DNA from: Robiginitomaculum sp.
GTDB taxonomy: Bacteria > Pseudomonadota > Alphaproteobacteria > Caulobacterales > Maricaulaceae
Length of the DNA: 64,000 bases
Direction of reading: 5' to 3'
NCBI GenBank assembly: GCA_027080345.1
Contig: JALWSB010000042.1
Location: forward strand, 22,967 to 86,966
The notes beneath the pieces are model-generated. The model was not told the DNA's origin, did not search any database, and saw nothing but the letters and a program-made list of their open reading frames with translations. Within the stretch, counting starts at the first letter, position 1. The number at the start of each line of letters is the position of its first letter. The translations under genes and the position numbers were made by a program. Positions 47,622-58,861 of this stretch are shown in pieces.

Positions 47622-47632
47622 AAACTTGGTGT

Positions 47633-48040
47633 TCAGATCATCGCCAAAACTTTGAGGACAATGGAAATTTCCACGCCAACACCGGCCAGAAATAAAAGCT
47701 GGCGAATGGTCGGCATGCCCAGCGTATAGACGATAAAATGCGCAAAGCGGATAAAGAAGAAAATCAGCGCCGCCTTACCCATGAAAACAGGATCGGTTCC
47801 CGCCAGGTGCGCAATAATGACCAGCGGCGCAAACACCACCAGGTTTTCGACCGCATTGGCATGCGCCCGTTTGGCCAGTTTCGCCCACTGCGCCTTTGAA
47901 GACAGATCGTGCAACGGATCAGTAAACCCACGGATCAGCCCTTCTTGCACGACTAATTGCGCGACATATGGCACCCACAAAAGGCCCGTAAACATGGCCA
48001 GCATCATCAGCCAAAACAGATCAGCGCTTAGCGTATTCAT
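47633..48040 (-). CDS. MAPEG-family membrane protein
   Basis: ORF 47633..48367 trimmed to ATG 48040, about 135 aa (MNTLSADLFWLMMLAMF...RAHANAVENLVVFAPLV...), which is the typical MAPEG size and pattern. Confidence 0.65.
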   Translation of the reverse strand: MNTLSADLFWLMMLAMFTGLLWVPYVAQLVVQEGLIRGFTDPLHDLSSKAQWAKLAKRAHANAVENLVVFAPLVIIAHLAGTDPVFMGKAALIFFFIRFAHFIVYTLGMPTIRQLLFLAGVGVEISIVLKVLAMI

Positions 48041-48143
48041 AAACCACCTCTTTTGAGCTTTGCCAAAACCATGCCGGCAAGACCGCTTGAAAACATCCAC
48101 AAGAAACACCGCGCCCCTTGTTAAACTGTGTGCAATATGTAAT

Positions 48144-48161
48144 CTACCTATTAGTAGGTAG
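48144..48161. promoter_or_regulatory. Candidate TetR operator palindrome
   Basis: CTACCTA-TTAG-TAGGTAG in the divergent MAPEG/TetR intergenic region. Confidence 0.45.
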
Positions 48162-48324
48162 TCAAGCTGAATTATGCAGATAACATTGAAAGGGCAGCGC
48201 GGCACAAAAACATTCATTTTAAACGATGAATGAGGGCCGAAAAACGTGCCGGGCAAACCCAAGGCGCCCGCCCTTTGGCACCTGCGCGCTGGCGAAAGCT
48301 GGCATAACCCGTTAAAAAGCCTGA

Positions 48325-48915
48325 ATGAAACCCATGAGCAAAACAGCAACCGCCATTGCCGATGCATTTCAGGATCTGGTGATGCAGCGCGGCTATAACG
48401 CCGTCAGCTATGCGGATCTGGCGCAATTATTGGGCATGCGCACCGCCAGCATTCATTACCATTTTCCGGGCAAGGCTGATCTGGGGCTGGCTGTTTTGCG
48501 CCGCTATACGGAGGCGTTTTTTCAAGCGCTGAAAGAGCCAACCCCGGACGATCCGCAAAGCTATGTAACCGCGTTTGAGAGCTTTCTTGCCCCCATCAGG
48601 CACATGTTAACCCGTGATGATACCAGTTGTTTGTGCGGCGTTATGAGCGCCGAATATGCCAGCATGAGCGAAGACATTCAAAACGAACTTGGGGCTTTTT
48701 TTGCCAAACAGAGTCATTGGCTGGCCACCGTATTGGACGGCGGCACGCGCGCCGGTGTCCTCACCTGCCCCGGCCCGGCAAAGGAAACCGCCCGATTGAT
48801 GATTGCGGCCCTGCAGGGCGCAACCCTGATCAAGAAAAGCACGCATGATGCGCGTTATCTCGAAAATGCACTGGATGGGCTGGAGGCGTTGATTATACCC
48901 GGCAAAAAAACCTGA
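48325..48915 (+). CDS. TetR-family transcriptional regulator
   Basis: 196 aa. N-terminal HTH (GYNAVSYADLAQLLGMRTASIHYHFPGK). Divergent from the MAPEG gene. Confidence 0.85.
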   Translation: MKPMSKTATAIADAFQDLVMQRGYNAVSYADLAQLLGMRTASIHYHFPGKADLGLAVLRRYTEAFFQALKEPTPDDPQSYVTAFESFLAPIRHMLTRDDTSCLCGVMSAEYASMSEDIQNELGAFFAKQSHWLATVLDGGTRAGVLTCPGPAKETARLMIAALQGATLIKKSTHDARYLENALDGLEALIIPGKKT

Positions 48916-48955
48916 AATCACAGCAAGAAATGAGGGCCGGGTAATAAAGACGGGC

Positions 48956-50806
<1,851 letters not shown>

Positions 50807-50890
50807 CGGATCTCCTTGATATTCTGCCCGCCTATCTTAGAGCACTGGCCGGGCAAGAAAAGCACGCAATGCAGAACAACAGGTACAGGC

Positions 50891-51763
50891 TTATTTTTCA
50901 CCGACACCGGCAAAAAAATCAGCAATAGCGCGTTGCGATTCGGCCTCGTCCAAAGTCGGCACATGGCCGGTATTGGCAATCTCGATGGTCTGCATGGCCG
51001 GATGGCGCGCCCCCATTTGCGCCAATGTATCCGGTGACAAAATATCGCTTAATGCCCCACGTATAACAAGCACAGGCACGGCGCAAAGCGCCTCAAAAAG
51101 CGGCCATAAATCAGCCGGCGCATTGTCTGCCGACAATAACGCCTTGGCGATTGCCGGGTCGTAATCGGTAATGATTTCGCCGTCTTGTTCACGGCAGGTG
51201 CGGCGGGCAAAATCGTCCCAAAACGCCGCGTCCCGGTCCGGGAAAGCCGCTGCGCCCAAGGCCCGCAAGGTGCGTGCCGCCTGCGCCCAGCTTTGCATCG
51301 GTTTGGCCTTGCCGACATAACCGGCAATGCGCGCCAGCCCGGCCGGATCAACCGTCGGGCCAATATCATTGATCACCGCCGCAGCGATACGATCAGGGGC
51401 CAGGGCAGCAATAATCATGCTCATAATACCGCCCATGGAGGTGCCGATAAACCCGGCCCGCTCAATGCCCAGATGATCCAGGAAATCCAGCACATCCTGT
51501 GCATAGGTCAAAGGATGGTAGCGCGTATGATCGGGGTCATAAGCCGAGGCCCCGCGCCCGCGCACATCAAAGGCCAGAACCCGATGGCCTTGCGCCCTTA
51601 AAAACGGGGCCAGACCGTCAAAATCGCGGGCATTGCGGGTCAGGCCATGCAGGCAAACCAGCGGCAGGCTATGGGTCAGATCATCACCCCCATAATCAAA
51701 TACCACCAGATCAAGACCGTCTTTATTGGTAAATACGCGCTTTTTCGCCGCCGAACCGCTCAT
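50891..51763 (-). CDS. Alpha/beta-fold hydrolase
   Basis: Nucleophile elbow GTSMGG and HG oxyanion motif (LHGLTRN). Start set to ATG 51763, which overlaps the upstream stop (ATGA). Confidence 0.8.
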   Translation of the reverse strand: MSGSAAKKRVFTNKDGLDLVVFDYGGDDLTHSLPLVCLHGLTRNARDFDGLAPFLRAQGHRVLAFDVRGRGASAYDPDHTRYHPLTYAQDVLDFLDHLGIERAGFIGTSMGGIMSMIIAALAPDRIAAAVINDIGPTVDPAGLARIAGYVGKAKPMQSWAQAARTLRALGAAAFPDRDAAFWDDFARRTCREQDGEIITDYDPAIAKALLSADNAPADLWPLFEALCAVPVLVIRGALSDILSPDTLAQMGARHPAMQTIEIANTGHVPTLDEAESQRAIADFFAGVGEK

Positions 51764-52911
51764 GACGCGGTACCGCAATCAGGAAGGTCCGCCGCAGTTT
51801 CCTCAATCAGGTGCGTCACCACCTGGCGCAAGGCATCCTTTTCATCAGCGCCATTGGCAAGGGCTTCTTCAAAAACCCCAAGCTGTTGGCTGGCCGATGT
51901 GCCACGTTCAACAATACGCCGCGCATGGTGTAATTCATCCACGCAATCAAGCGCCACCGCGTCTTCTTCAACAAGACCGATAATTTCTTCCAGTAAAGCG
52001 CCGTAAGGCGTTTGCTCGCCCTTGCCAAGATCGACAAGACGGCCATTAACGCCAAAGCGCGAGGCCAGCCAGCGGTTTTCCTGTACCAGCAGGCGCGGAT
52101 ACACCCGCCATTTCATATTGCTGCGGCGCAATCGCGACAGCATACGCAGCAAGCACTGATAAAGCGCCGCAATGGCCAACGCATCTTCCAGCCGCGTACA
52201 GATATCGGTAATGCGCATTTCCAGCGTCGGGAAATTTGCCGACGGGCGTAAATCCCACCAGATTTTGGTTGAATCCTCGATCACCCCGGCCATAATCAGA
52301 CGCTTGCACAAGCGGTCATACTCGCCCCAGCTTTCAAAGCGATCGGGAATGCCATTGCGCGGCATGCCGTCCCAAACGGTAGTGCGATAGGACATCATAC
52401 CCATCCGGTGTCCGCCCCAAAACGGCGAAGAGGTCGACAAGGCCAAAAGGTGCGGCAGGAAATAGCGCATCTGGTTCATCAGATCGATGCGCATATCCTT
52501 GTCATCTATGCCCACATGCACATGCATGCCGCAAATCAGCATGCGCCGGATCGCCCCTTGCAAATCCGCATCCAGCTTTTCATAACGCGGCGCGTCGGTA
52601 TGGCGCTGCCCCGACCAGTCGGCAAAGGGGTGTGTCGAGGCGGCAATCAGATCAAGATCATAGTGTTGCGCCGTGCGTTTGATACACGAACGCATGGTGG
52701 TTAAATGCCGCCGCGCCTCGCCAATGGTTTCACAAACCGGGGTGCCGATCTCGATCTGGCATTTGAGAAATTCATGGGTGACATGATCACCCAGCTCCGC
52801 ATGACAATCATCAAAAAGCGCCTGCGGCGGATCCTTGGCCAGATCCCCGGTAACAGGGTCAACAAGAAGATATTCCTCTTCAATACCCATGGTCAGTGGT
52901 GGCATGGTCAT
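51760..52911 (-). CDS. Carboxylate-amine ligase, GCS2/YbdK family
   Basis: Trimmed to ATG 52911 (MTMPPLTMGIEEEYLLVD...). The family pattern GMHVHVG is present. Confidence 0.8.
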   Translation of the reverse strand: MTMPPLTMGIEEEYLLVDPVTGDLAKDPPQALFDDCHAELGDHVTHEFLKCQIEIGTPVCETIGEARRHLTTMRSCIKRTAQHYDLDLIAASTHPFADWSGQRHTDAPRYEKLDADLQGAIRRMLICGMHVHVGIDDKDMRIDLMNQMRYFLPHLLALSTSSPFWGGHRMGMMSYRTTVWDGMPRNGIPDRFESWGEYDRLCKRLIMAGVIEDSTKIWWDLRPSANFPTLEMRITDICTRLEDALAIAALYQCLLRMLSRLRRSNMKWRVYPRLLVQENRWLASRFGVNGRLVDLGKGEQTPYGALLEEIIGLVEEDAVALDCVDELHHARRIVERGTSASQQLGVFEEALANGADEKDALRQVVTHLIEETAADLPDCGTAS

Positions 52912-52936
52912 CCCGGCCCTCCCCTTTTGTTTCGGC

Positions 52937-53698
52937 CTAAACGCTCTTTGCGACGCAATCTTCCCCCAGCAAAGCCTGTAAAGGCGGCATGAGCAAGTCG
53001 GCCCATTGTCGCACGTGCGTTTCATCCACCAGTAAATCCTGTCTGATTTCCAGTGTTAAATGCCGCAAGCCCCGCGCCCCCACATGCCGGTCAATGGTGT
53101 AATTATAGGCTTTGGCCGAATAGGGCTTGTTATCACCGACATCAAGACCGGCCCCGTGCAGGCTGTCAATCATCAGGCGGGCGCTTTGTTCATCATCTTT
53201 CCACAACACCCCCGCTTCCCAGGGACGGTGTGCATGGGTATAGCGCAAAGCGCGGACAAAACTGTGTATCGAGATGATCAAAGGATCGTCATAAAGCGCC
53301 ATATGCGCGTCCAGTTCCCGGTCCAGAAGATCATGGTAGGGGTCAAAATAACGCGCAATACGATGCCTGCGTTCTTCATCCGTCACCTGCGTATTGGCCG
53401 GTATCGTGATGCTGTCGCTTTGCGCGATAATCAGATCATCGCGCTCAACCCCCCGGTTAGGGTCGATCAGAAGCCGCGAATAGCCGCAATAAAGCGCCCG
53501 CGCCTGCAAGCGCGCCGCCAGAGCGCGGGTCAGCGCCCCGGCACCCGGATCCCAGGCAATATGATCGGCCAGTTGTTCCGCGCTCAGACCAAGGCGGTTA
53601 TAGGCGACCGGCAAGGTATTGGTCGCATGATCGCAAAACAAAAACGCCGGGCTAAAGCCCCGCTCTCCTCCGGTTTGCGCAATTTGAAACTCTGACAT
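52937..53698 (-). CDS. N-formylglutamate amidohydrolase-family protein
   Basis: Trimmed to ATG 53698 (MSEFQIAQ...FLFCDHATN...LIDPNR...SIHSF), which are FGase-family motifs. Confidence 0.75.
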   Translation of the reverse strand: MSEFQIAQTGGERGFSPAFLFCDHATNTLPVAYNRLGLSAEQLADHIAWDPGAGALTRALAARLQARALYCGYSRLLIDPNRGVERDDLIIAQSDSITIPANTQVTDEERRHRIARYFDPYHDLLDRELDAHMALYDDPLIISIHSFVRALRYTHAHRPWEAGVLWKDDEQSARLMIDSLHGAGLDVGDNKPYSAKAYNYTIDRHVGARGLRHLTLEIRQDLLVDETHVRQWADLLMPPLQALLGEDCVAKSV

Positions 53699-53750
53699 AG
53701 GGTCTACTTTAACCACAGCCATTGTAAAATTCGATAGGGCAGGCGCAGTT

Positions 53751-55916
53751 TTACTGCGCCCCGCCAATATGCGAAACGCTTTCGGTCTCGTGGCTTAATG
53801 CCTCATTCGAAAAGGGAAACAGTCGTAAATTTTGCTGCGCAAACAAAGCCGCCTGATCGGCGAAATGCACAGACGTCTTGTCCAGTGTGGCGCTGCCAAA
53901 CTGGTGACGGGTGCGGGCGCTCATATTTCCCTTCGCATCCCAGGCGACAATGGCGATATAGGTATCCCCGGCGACGGCGGTCAATGTGCCGTCCTCTTCC
54001 AGATCGTGACCGGCGCTATAAACCGCACGCAATATATCCGGGCCACCGGCGATAGGCACATTCACATCGCCCCGGCGCAAACGATTAATCGTCCCCCAGG
54101 GCACATCAAGACGCCCGTAATGGGTCATCAGGTCTTTGGCCGACGCCAATACGGCCTCCTTGGGGTCCATCAGCCAGGGGTCCCCCGCATGGGTGTCCAG
54201 CCCGATACATTTGACCGAGACCAGCACCCCAAGAGCGGCGGCCATATTGGCCTCATCCGTGCGCAAATCCCACCCGCCAAGTAGCTTTTGCGCGGTGGCC
54301 AAAAGCGCATCATCCGTGCTGTCGAGCGCGGCAATTTCACGCAGCAGCCGCGCTGTTTGTGATTGCTCTGAATAGGCAAGGTCAAACTTTATGACCTCCA
54401 GCCCCGCTTCATCAATGGATGTATTGGCCTGCATCAGCTCCAGCGCCCGCAGGCCGCGATTGGTCATATAATGCTCTATCCCGAAACGCGGGGAAAAGTC
54501 CGCAGGATCCGGATTGTCATCCGGCGCGGAAGAGCGAAAGGGTGTGTTATTGGAATTGATCACAAAACCCGACGCCGGATCGACCACTTTTGGCAAGGCG
54601 GAAACCGGCACAAAGCCGCGCCACAAAGCGGCGCTGGTATCGCCCGGCAGATAGGCCCGCCAATCATAGCCCGGCCCGCGCCTTGGCATGCGCGCATTAT
54701 AAAAATAGCCAATATGGCCCTCCTTATCCCCGTAAACCACATTCAGGCTGGGAATGGCATTCATCGCCATGGCCGTCTGCCATTGCGCAAAATTTTGCGC
54801 CTTGTTCATTTGGTACCATTGCTGCACCGCACGAATTTCAAAAAGCCCGGAAAACCGCAGCGCATAAACCCCGTGCGGGCGGCGCAAGACCGGCCCGTGC
54901 ACCGACCATAAGACCTCTTTGGATATGCGCACGCTGAACGGCCCCCATAATTTGATTCGCAAAGGCGCTTTTGTGCGCTCAAAATCGCGCCAGCCGCCAT
55001 CAAACCAATATTGGTTTTTATTGTTGGGGTTGATTTTCAGCACATAAATATCAGCCAGATCGGGTTTGTTGACCGTATGCGCCCAGCCCAGGTTTTTGGT
55101 AAAGCCGTGCAAAATAACCGGCGTGCCGGGGAATATGCCCCCGGCGGCATTCCAGCCCTCGTCGGAGCTGACCTGAATTTCATACCAGGCCACCGGGCCG
55201 CTATAGGGCTGGTGCGAATTAATCACCAGCCGTGTGGTTTGATCGGCGCTGCGCGCGGGCGCAACCGCAAAGGCATTGGAGCCAAATTCAGGATTGGCGG
55301 CGTCAGTGGTTAAAAACGCGGTTTTTGCATTTGCCAGCGAAATATGCCGGGCGCGTGTTGATTTGAAAAGCTCCGCCAGATCGCCTTCAAGGCCATAAAA
55401 AAACGGCGCGCGGAACACAAATCCGGCGATCACGTCTTGCGGCATTATGGGCAAAACCCCGGCGCGCACCGCCTTTGGATGATCCAGCGCATAAAGATTA
55501 AGCCCGGCCACATAGCCTTCCAGCAAAGCGCGGGTTTGCGCAGATAAATCGGTGTCATATTTTTGCGCCACCAGATCGCGTATCCGAAAAAGATTGACCA
55601 GATAATCCGTGCGCGCCCCGTCCATCCCCTGGTAATGGGCAAGCGTTCCACGTGATGCCAAAATCATTGTCTCAATGGTTTTCCAGTCGTCCTGCGCGTG
55701 CGCATAGGCCAGCCCAAACGCCGCATCCGCATCGCGCGACCCATGCACATGCGGCACCCCCAATGTGTCGCGGGTGATAGTGGCGGCATATTTATTGGCC
55801 TGCGCCCGCAAAGCGGCCTTATCCACAAGCCGGGCTGGCGGTGTGATCAACAACCCCGTCCCGATCAGTAAAACCACCGCAACAAGACCCACCAATCCTT
55901 TGAGTACTGTTTTCAT
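53751..55916 (-). CDS. Penicillin/AHL-acylase-family Ntn hydrolase, exported or membrane anchored
   Basis: 721 aa. N-terminal hydrophobic anchor and a GSNAFAV autoprocessing site (catalytic Ser of the beta subunit). Confidence 0.85.
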   Translation of the reverse strand: MKTVLKGLVGLVAVVLLIGTGLLITPPARLVDKAALRAQANKYAATITRDTLGVPHVHGSRDADAAFGLAYAHAQDDWKTIETMILASRGTLAHYQGMDGARTDYLVNLFRIRDLVAQKYDTDLSAQTRALLEGYVAGLNLYALDHPKAVRAGVLPIMPQDVIAGFVFRAPFFYGLEGDLAELFKSTRARHISLANAKTAFLTTDAANPEFGSNAFAVAPARSADQTTRLVINSHQPYSGPVAWYEIQVSSDEGWNAAGGIFPGTPVILHGFTKNLGWAHTVNKPDLADIYVLKINPNNKNQYWFDGGWRDFERTKAPLRIKLWGPFSVRISKEVLWSVHGPVLRRPHGVYALRFSGLFEIRAVQQWYQMNKAQNFAQWQTAMAMNAIPSLNVVYGDKEGHIGYFYNARMPRRGPGYDWRAYLPGDTSAALWRGFVPVSALPKVVDPASGFVINSNNTPFRSSAPDDNPDPADFSPRFGIEHYMTNRGLRALELMQANTSIDEAGLEVIKFDLAYSEQSQTARLLREIAALDSTDDALLATAQKLLGGWDLRTDEANMAAALGVLVSVKCIGLDTHAGDPWLMDPKEAVLASAKDLMTHYGRLDVPWGTINRLRRGDVNVPIAGGPDILRAVYSAGHDLEEDGTLTAVAGDTYIAIVAWDAKGNMSARTRHQFGSATLDKTSVHFADQAALFAQQNLRLFPFSNEALSHETESVSHIGGAQ

Positions 55917-55934
55917 CTTTCCCCCTCTTTGGCC

Positions 55935-56372
55935 TTAATCACAGCCGGTTATTGTTTCAAGCGCCCGGCGCAACGGCGCACTTAAAGGCATTGGGCGGCG
56001 GCTTTCCCTGTCCACATAAACATGAACAAAGCGGCCGCGCGCCGCCGTCTTGTCGGTATTTTTGGCAAAAACGCCGATATCATAACTTACGCTGGTGCGA
56101 CCAATATGCGCCACTTTCAGGCCCGCTTCCAGACTTTGCGGAAAAGACAGGGGCGAAAAATACTGGCAACTGGTTTCCACCACCAGACCGATTTGCGCAC
56201 CCTTATGAATATCAAGGCCCGCCTCTTCGATCAAAAACCGGTTCACCGCCGTATCAAAAAAAGCATAAAAAACGACATTGTTAATGTGCCCGTAAATATC
56301 ATTATCATGCCAGCGCGTCGGTATATCCGTAAACCAGACATAGTCAGTTCGAAGGGCGGGCGCGGCTCTCAT
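55935..56372 (-). CDS. Acyl-CoA thioesterase, 4HBT (hot-dog) family
   Basis: Trimmed to ATG 56372, which overlaps the upstream stop (ATGA). DIYGHINNVVFYAFFD is a YbgC-like motif. Confidence 0.75.
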   Translation of the reverse strand: MRAAPALRTDYVWFTDIPTRWHDNDIYGHINNVVFYAFFDTAVNRFLIEEAGLDIHKGAQIGLVVETSCQYFSPLSFPQSLEAGLKVAHIGRTSVSYDIGVFAKNTDKTAARGRFVHVYVDRESRRPMPLSAPLRRALETITGCD

Positions 56373-57523
56373 AAAACGGACCGATAAAGCGCCAGTATCT
56401 GCGCCTCGTCTATATCCCGCGGATTGTTGACAAGAAGCCGCTGCACTTTTATCGCCTCCGCCGCCATGTGAGGCAGATCGTCGGCGCTGATACCCACTTG
56501 TGTTAACTGGCGCTGCAAACCAATCGCCTGGCACAAACGTTCCATCTCATCGGCCAAGGCGGTAGCAGCAACCCCATCATCTGCGCCATCATAAATCCCC
56601 AAATGCCGGGCAATCTGCGCGTAAACCGGGGCGGCAACCGGCGCATTAAAGCGCATCACAGCGGGCAACATCAGCGCATTGGAAAGCCCGTGCGAGACAT
56701 GAAACAAACCACCAATGGGATAGGCCAGCGCATGCACTGCACCAACCGGCGCATTGGCAAAGGCCTGCCCCGCCTGCATCGCCCCCAGCATCATGTCGGC
56801 GCGCGCGGATGCGTCGCTTTCTTGCCCACAGGCGCGCTCTATAGCGCCATGCAAACGCCGCAAAGCGGCCAGCGCAAACATGTCGGAAACCGGGTTCTTC
56901 AAATGTCTTGAGGTCATCGCCTCAATGGCATGCACCATGGCGTCAATGCCGGTGGCGGCACTGACATGCGGCGGCAGGCTGGCCGTCAGGGCCGGATCAA
57001 GCAGCGCCAGATCCGCATAAAGCACCGGCGAGACAACCCCGACCTTGGCCCCGCCCTCTTTGGTGACAACCGATATGCAGGTCACTTCGGACCCGGTACC
57101 CGCCGTTGTTGGCAGCAAAACCAGCGGCAGGCGCGGCCCTTTGGCATTATCCATGCCGTAAAGATCATCCAGATGTTGCGGGCTGGCACACAAATGCGCC
57201 ACCAATTTAGCCGTATCCATGGAACTGCCGCCGCCAAAGCCGATAATGCAATCGGGGGCAAAGGCCCGCGCGTTTTGTGCCGCTTCCAACACCATGCTGT
57301 GTGGCGGATCGGCCTGCACACCGTCATAAACATCGACCTGCACACCGCCAGCGCGCAGGTTTTTTATCGGCTTTTCCAAAAGACCCGCGCCGCTGACCCC
57401 TTTATCTGTAACGATAAAGACCCGTTCAAACGCGCCCAGCAGCGCCAAATGCCCGGCCAGATTTTGTGCGCCGCCCTCATCCAGAACAATACGGGCGACA
57501 CTGGCAAATGAAAAATTCTTCAT
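56369..57523 (-). CDS. Iron-containing (group III) alcohol dehydrogenase
   Basis: 384 aa with GGGS.D..K and His-rich metal motifs (GIDAMVHAIE, HALAYPIGGLFHVSHG). Confidence 0.85.
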   Translation of the reverse strand: MKNFSFASVARIVLDEGGAQNLAGHLALLGAFERVFIVTDKGVSGAGLLEKPIKNLRAGGVQVDVYDGVQADPPHSMVLEAAQNARAFAPDCIIGFGGGSSMDTAKLVAHLCASPQHLDDLYGMDNAKGPRLPLVLLPTTAGTGSEVTCISVVTKEGGAKVGVVSPVLYADLALLDPALTASLPPHVSAATGIDAMVHAIEAMTSRHLKNPVSDMFALAALRRLHGAIERACGQESDASARADMMLGAMQAGQAFANAPVGAVHALAYPIGGLFHVSHGLSNALMLPAVMRFNAPVAAPVYAQIARHLGIYDGADDGVAATALADEMERLCQAIGLQRQLTQVGISADDLPHMAAEAIKVQRLLVNNPRDIDEAQILALYRSVL

Positions 57524-57697
57524 ACCTTCGATTACCCCAGCTCCCCCGCGACCTCAACCGCAAAACCAGCCGGTTTTCAGGAAATATGTGAATCCTGTCG
57601 CCTCTATCGGTTGCGCCCCGGCGCACATCGTGCGAAATAGCAAAGATTCGTAATTTGCGCTATTTTTGGGGGCGCAGCAGACTAAGGGGGCCGCCAC

Positions 57698-58435
57698 ATG
57701 GGCGATCTGTTCTGGAATAAAATTTTTGGGGCCTTTCTGGCCGTTGCCTTGGGTATTTTTGCCTTGCGTGAATTGGGTCATGCGCTGATTCACAGTCACG
57801 AGCCAGCCAAACCCGGCTATGCAGTGGCGCTTGATGAAGCACCAAGTGCCGCCAAGCCCGCAGAAGAAGTCAAGGAAGTCAGCCTGGCTGAAATGCTGGC
57901 CGGTGCCAGTGCTTCATCGGGTGAACGCGTTGCCAAAAAATGCGCCGCCTGCCACGACCTGACCAAAGGCGGGCCGAACAAAACCGGGCCTAATCTGTGG
58001 GGCGTTGTCGGCCGCACAGCGGCCAGCCATGCCGGGTTTAAATACTCGCAGGCCATGACTGACTTTGGTGGCGACTGGACATTTGAAAATCTCAATACTT
58101 TCCTGACCAGCCCCAAAGGTTTTGTCAAAGGTACGGCCATGTCATTTGCCGGTTTGAAAAAAGCCAAGGACCGGGCCAATCTTATAGCGTATTTGCGCAC
58201 TTTGAGCGACGATCCGCTGCCGCTTCCTGCAATTGCCGCGCAGGCGGCTGATGCCGCCGCAGACGCGGTTGATACGGCCAGCGCTGCCGCTGATACAGTG
58301 GTGGATGCGGCGGGTGATAGCCTTGAAAAAGCCGCCGACACAGCCAAGGATACCGTGCTGGATGCGGCCAAAGCCGTCGCCGATGAAGCCAAAGACAAGG
58401 CCGAAGAGGCGCTGGCCACCCCGGACAAGCCTTAG
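57698..58435 (+). CDS. Membrane-anchored class I cytochrome c (CycM-like) with Ala/Asp/Lys-rich C-terminal extension
   Basis: N-terminal TM helix, CAACH haem motif, distal GTAMSFAGL, then a tail of about 65 aa of A/D/K/T residues. Confidence 0.85.
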   Translation: MGDLFWNKIFGAFLAVALGIFALRELGHALIHSHEPAKPGYAVALDEAPSAAKPAEEVKEVSLAEMLAGASASSGERVAKKCAACHDLTKGGPNKTGPNLWGVVGRTAASHAGFKYSQAMTDFGGDWTFENLNTFLTSPKGFVKGTAMSFAGLKKAKDRANLIAYLRTLSDDPLPLPAIAAQAADAAADAVDTASAAADTVVDAAGDSLEKAADTAKDTVLDAAKAVADEAKDKAEEALATPDKP

Positions 58436-58507
58436 GTCGTAACGCATAAACAGCCAAAAGACCTGACATCGCCGCCGCGCAGACCTTTAGTTACGTCGTC
58501 AGCCCTC

Positions 58508-58861
58508 GGGTTAACCAGAGGGTCCATCAAAAGGTTAACCCAACACGGCGATTCACAATGGTCCTTCTGGTGCTCCAATCAAGTCGGAGGATGGCCAGAG
58601 GATAACAAGGTGGGGAATGACGAAGAGAGAAGAATTTCTTGACCCATTCCTTTATCTCCACATGTGTCATCCCGGGATACGCCGGGATCCATAGTGCCGT
58701 TGCCTCTCACTATAGACCCCGGATAAAACTGACGTTTTTCCGGGGTGACAGGGTTAGTAAGAACATGAAGCCTGAACCCTGTTCCACCTATTCACCTTTT
58801 CCGGTATCGTATAACGCCCTAAAGCCGCCGGATAGCCGTTATCGGTCCGGCGGCTTTTTTT
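58508..58861 (+). ncRNA. Candidate structured RNA or long structured 3' UTR ending in a strong terminator
   Basis: Five perfect stem-loops: 58508-58541 (9 bp), 58669-58688 (7 bp), 58691-58713 (6 bp), 58716-58746 (7 bp), 58749-58781 (7 bp). No credible ORF. Not matched to any RNA family I know. Confidence 0.3.

Noticed and set aside
47432-47632. Possible riboswitch in the leader of the 139-aa membrane protein.
   Set aside because: I compared it by eye with the fluoride, guanidine, Mn (yybP), TPP and SAM-II consensus features I remember and found no match. It is kept only as an unexplained hairpin.
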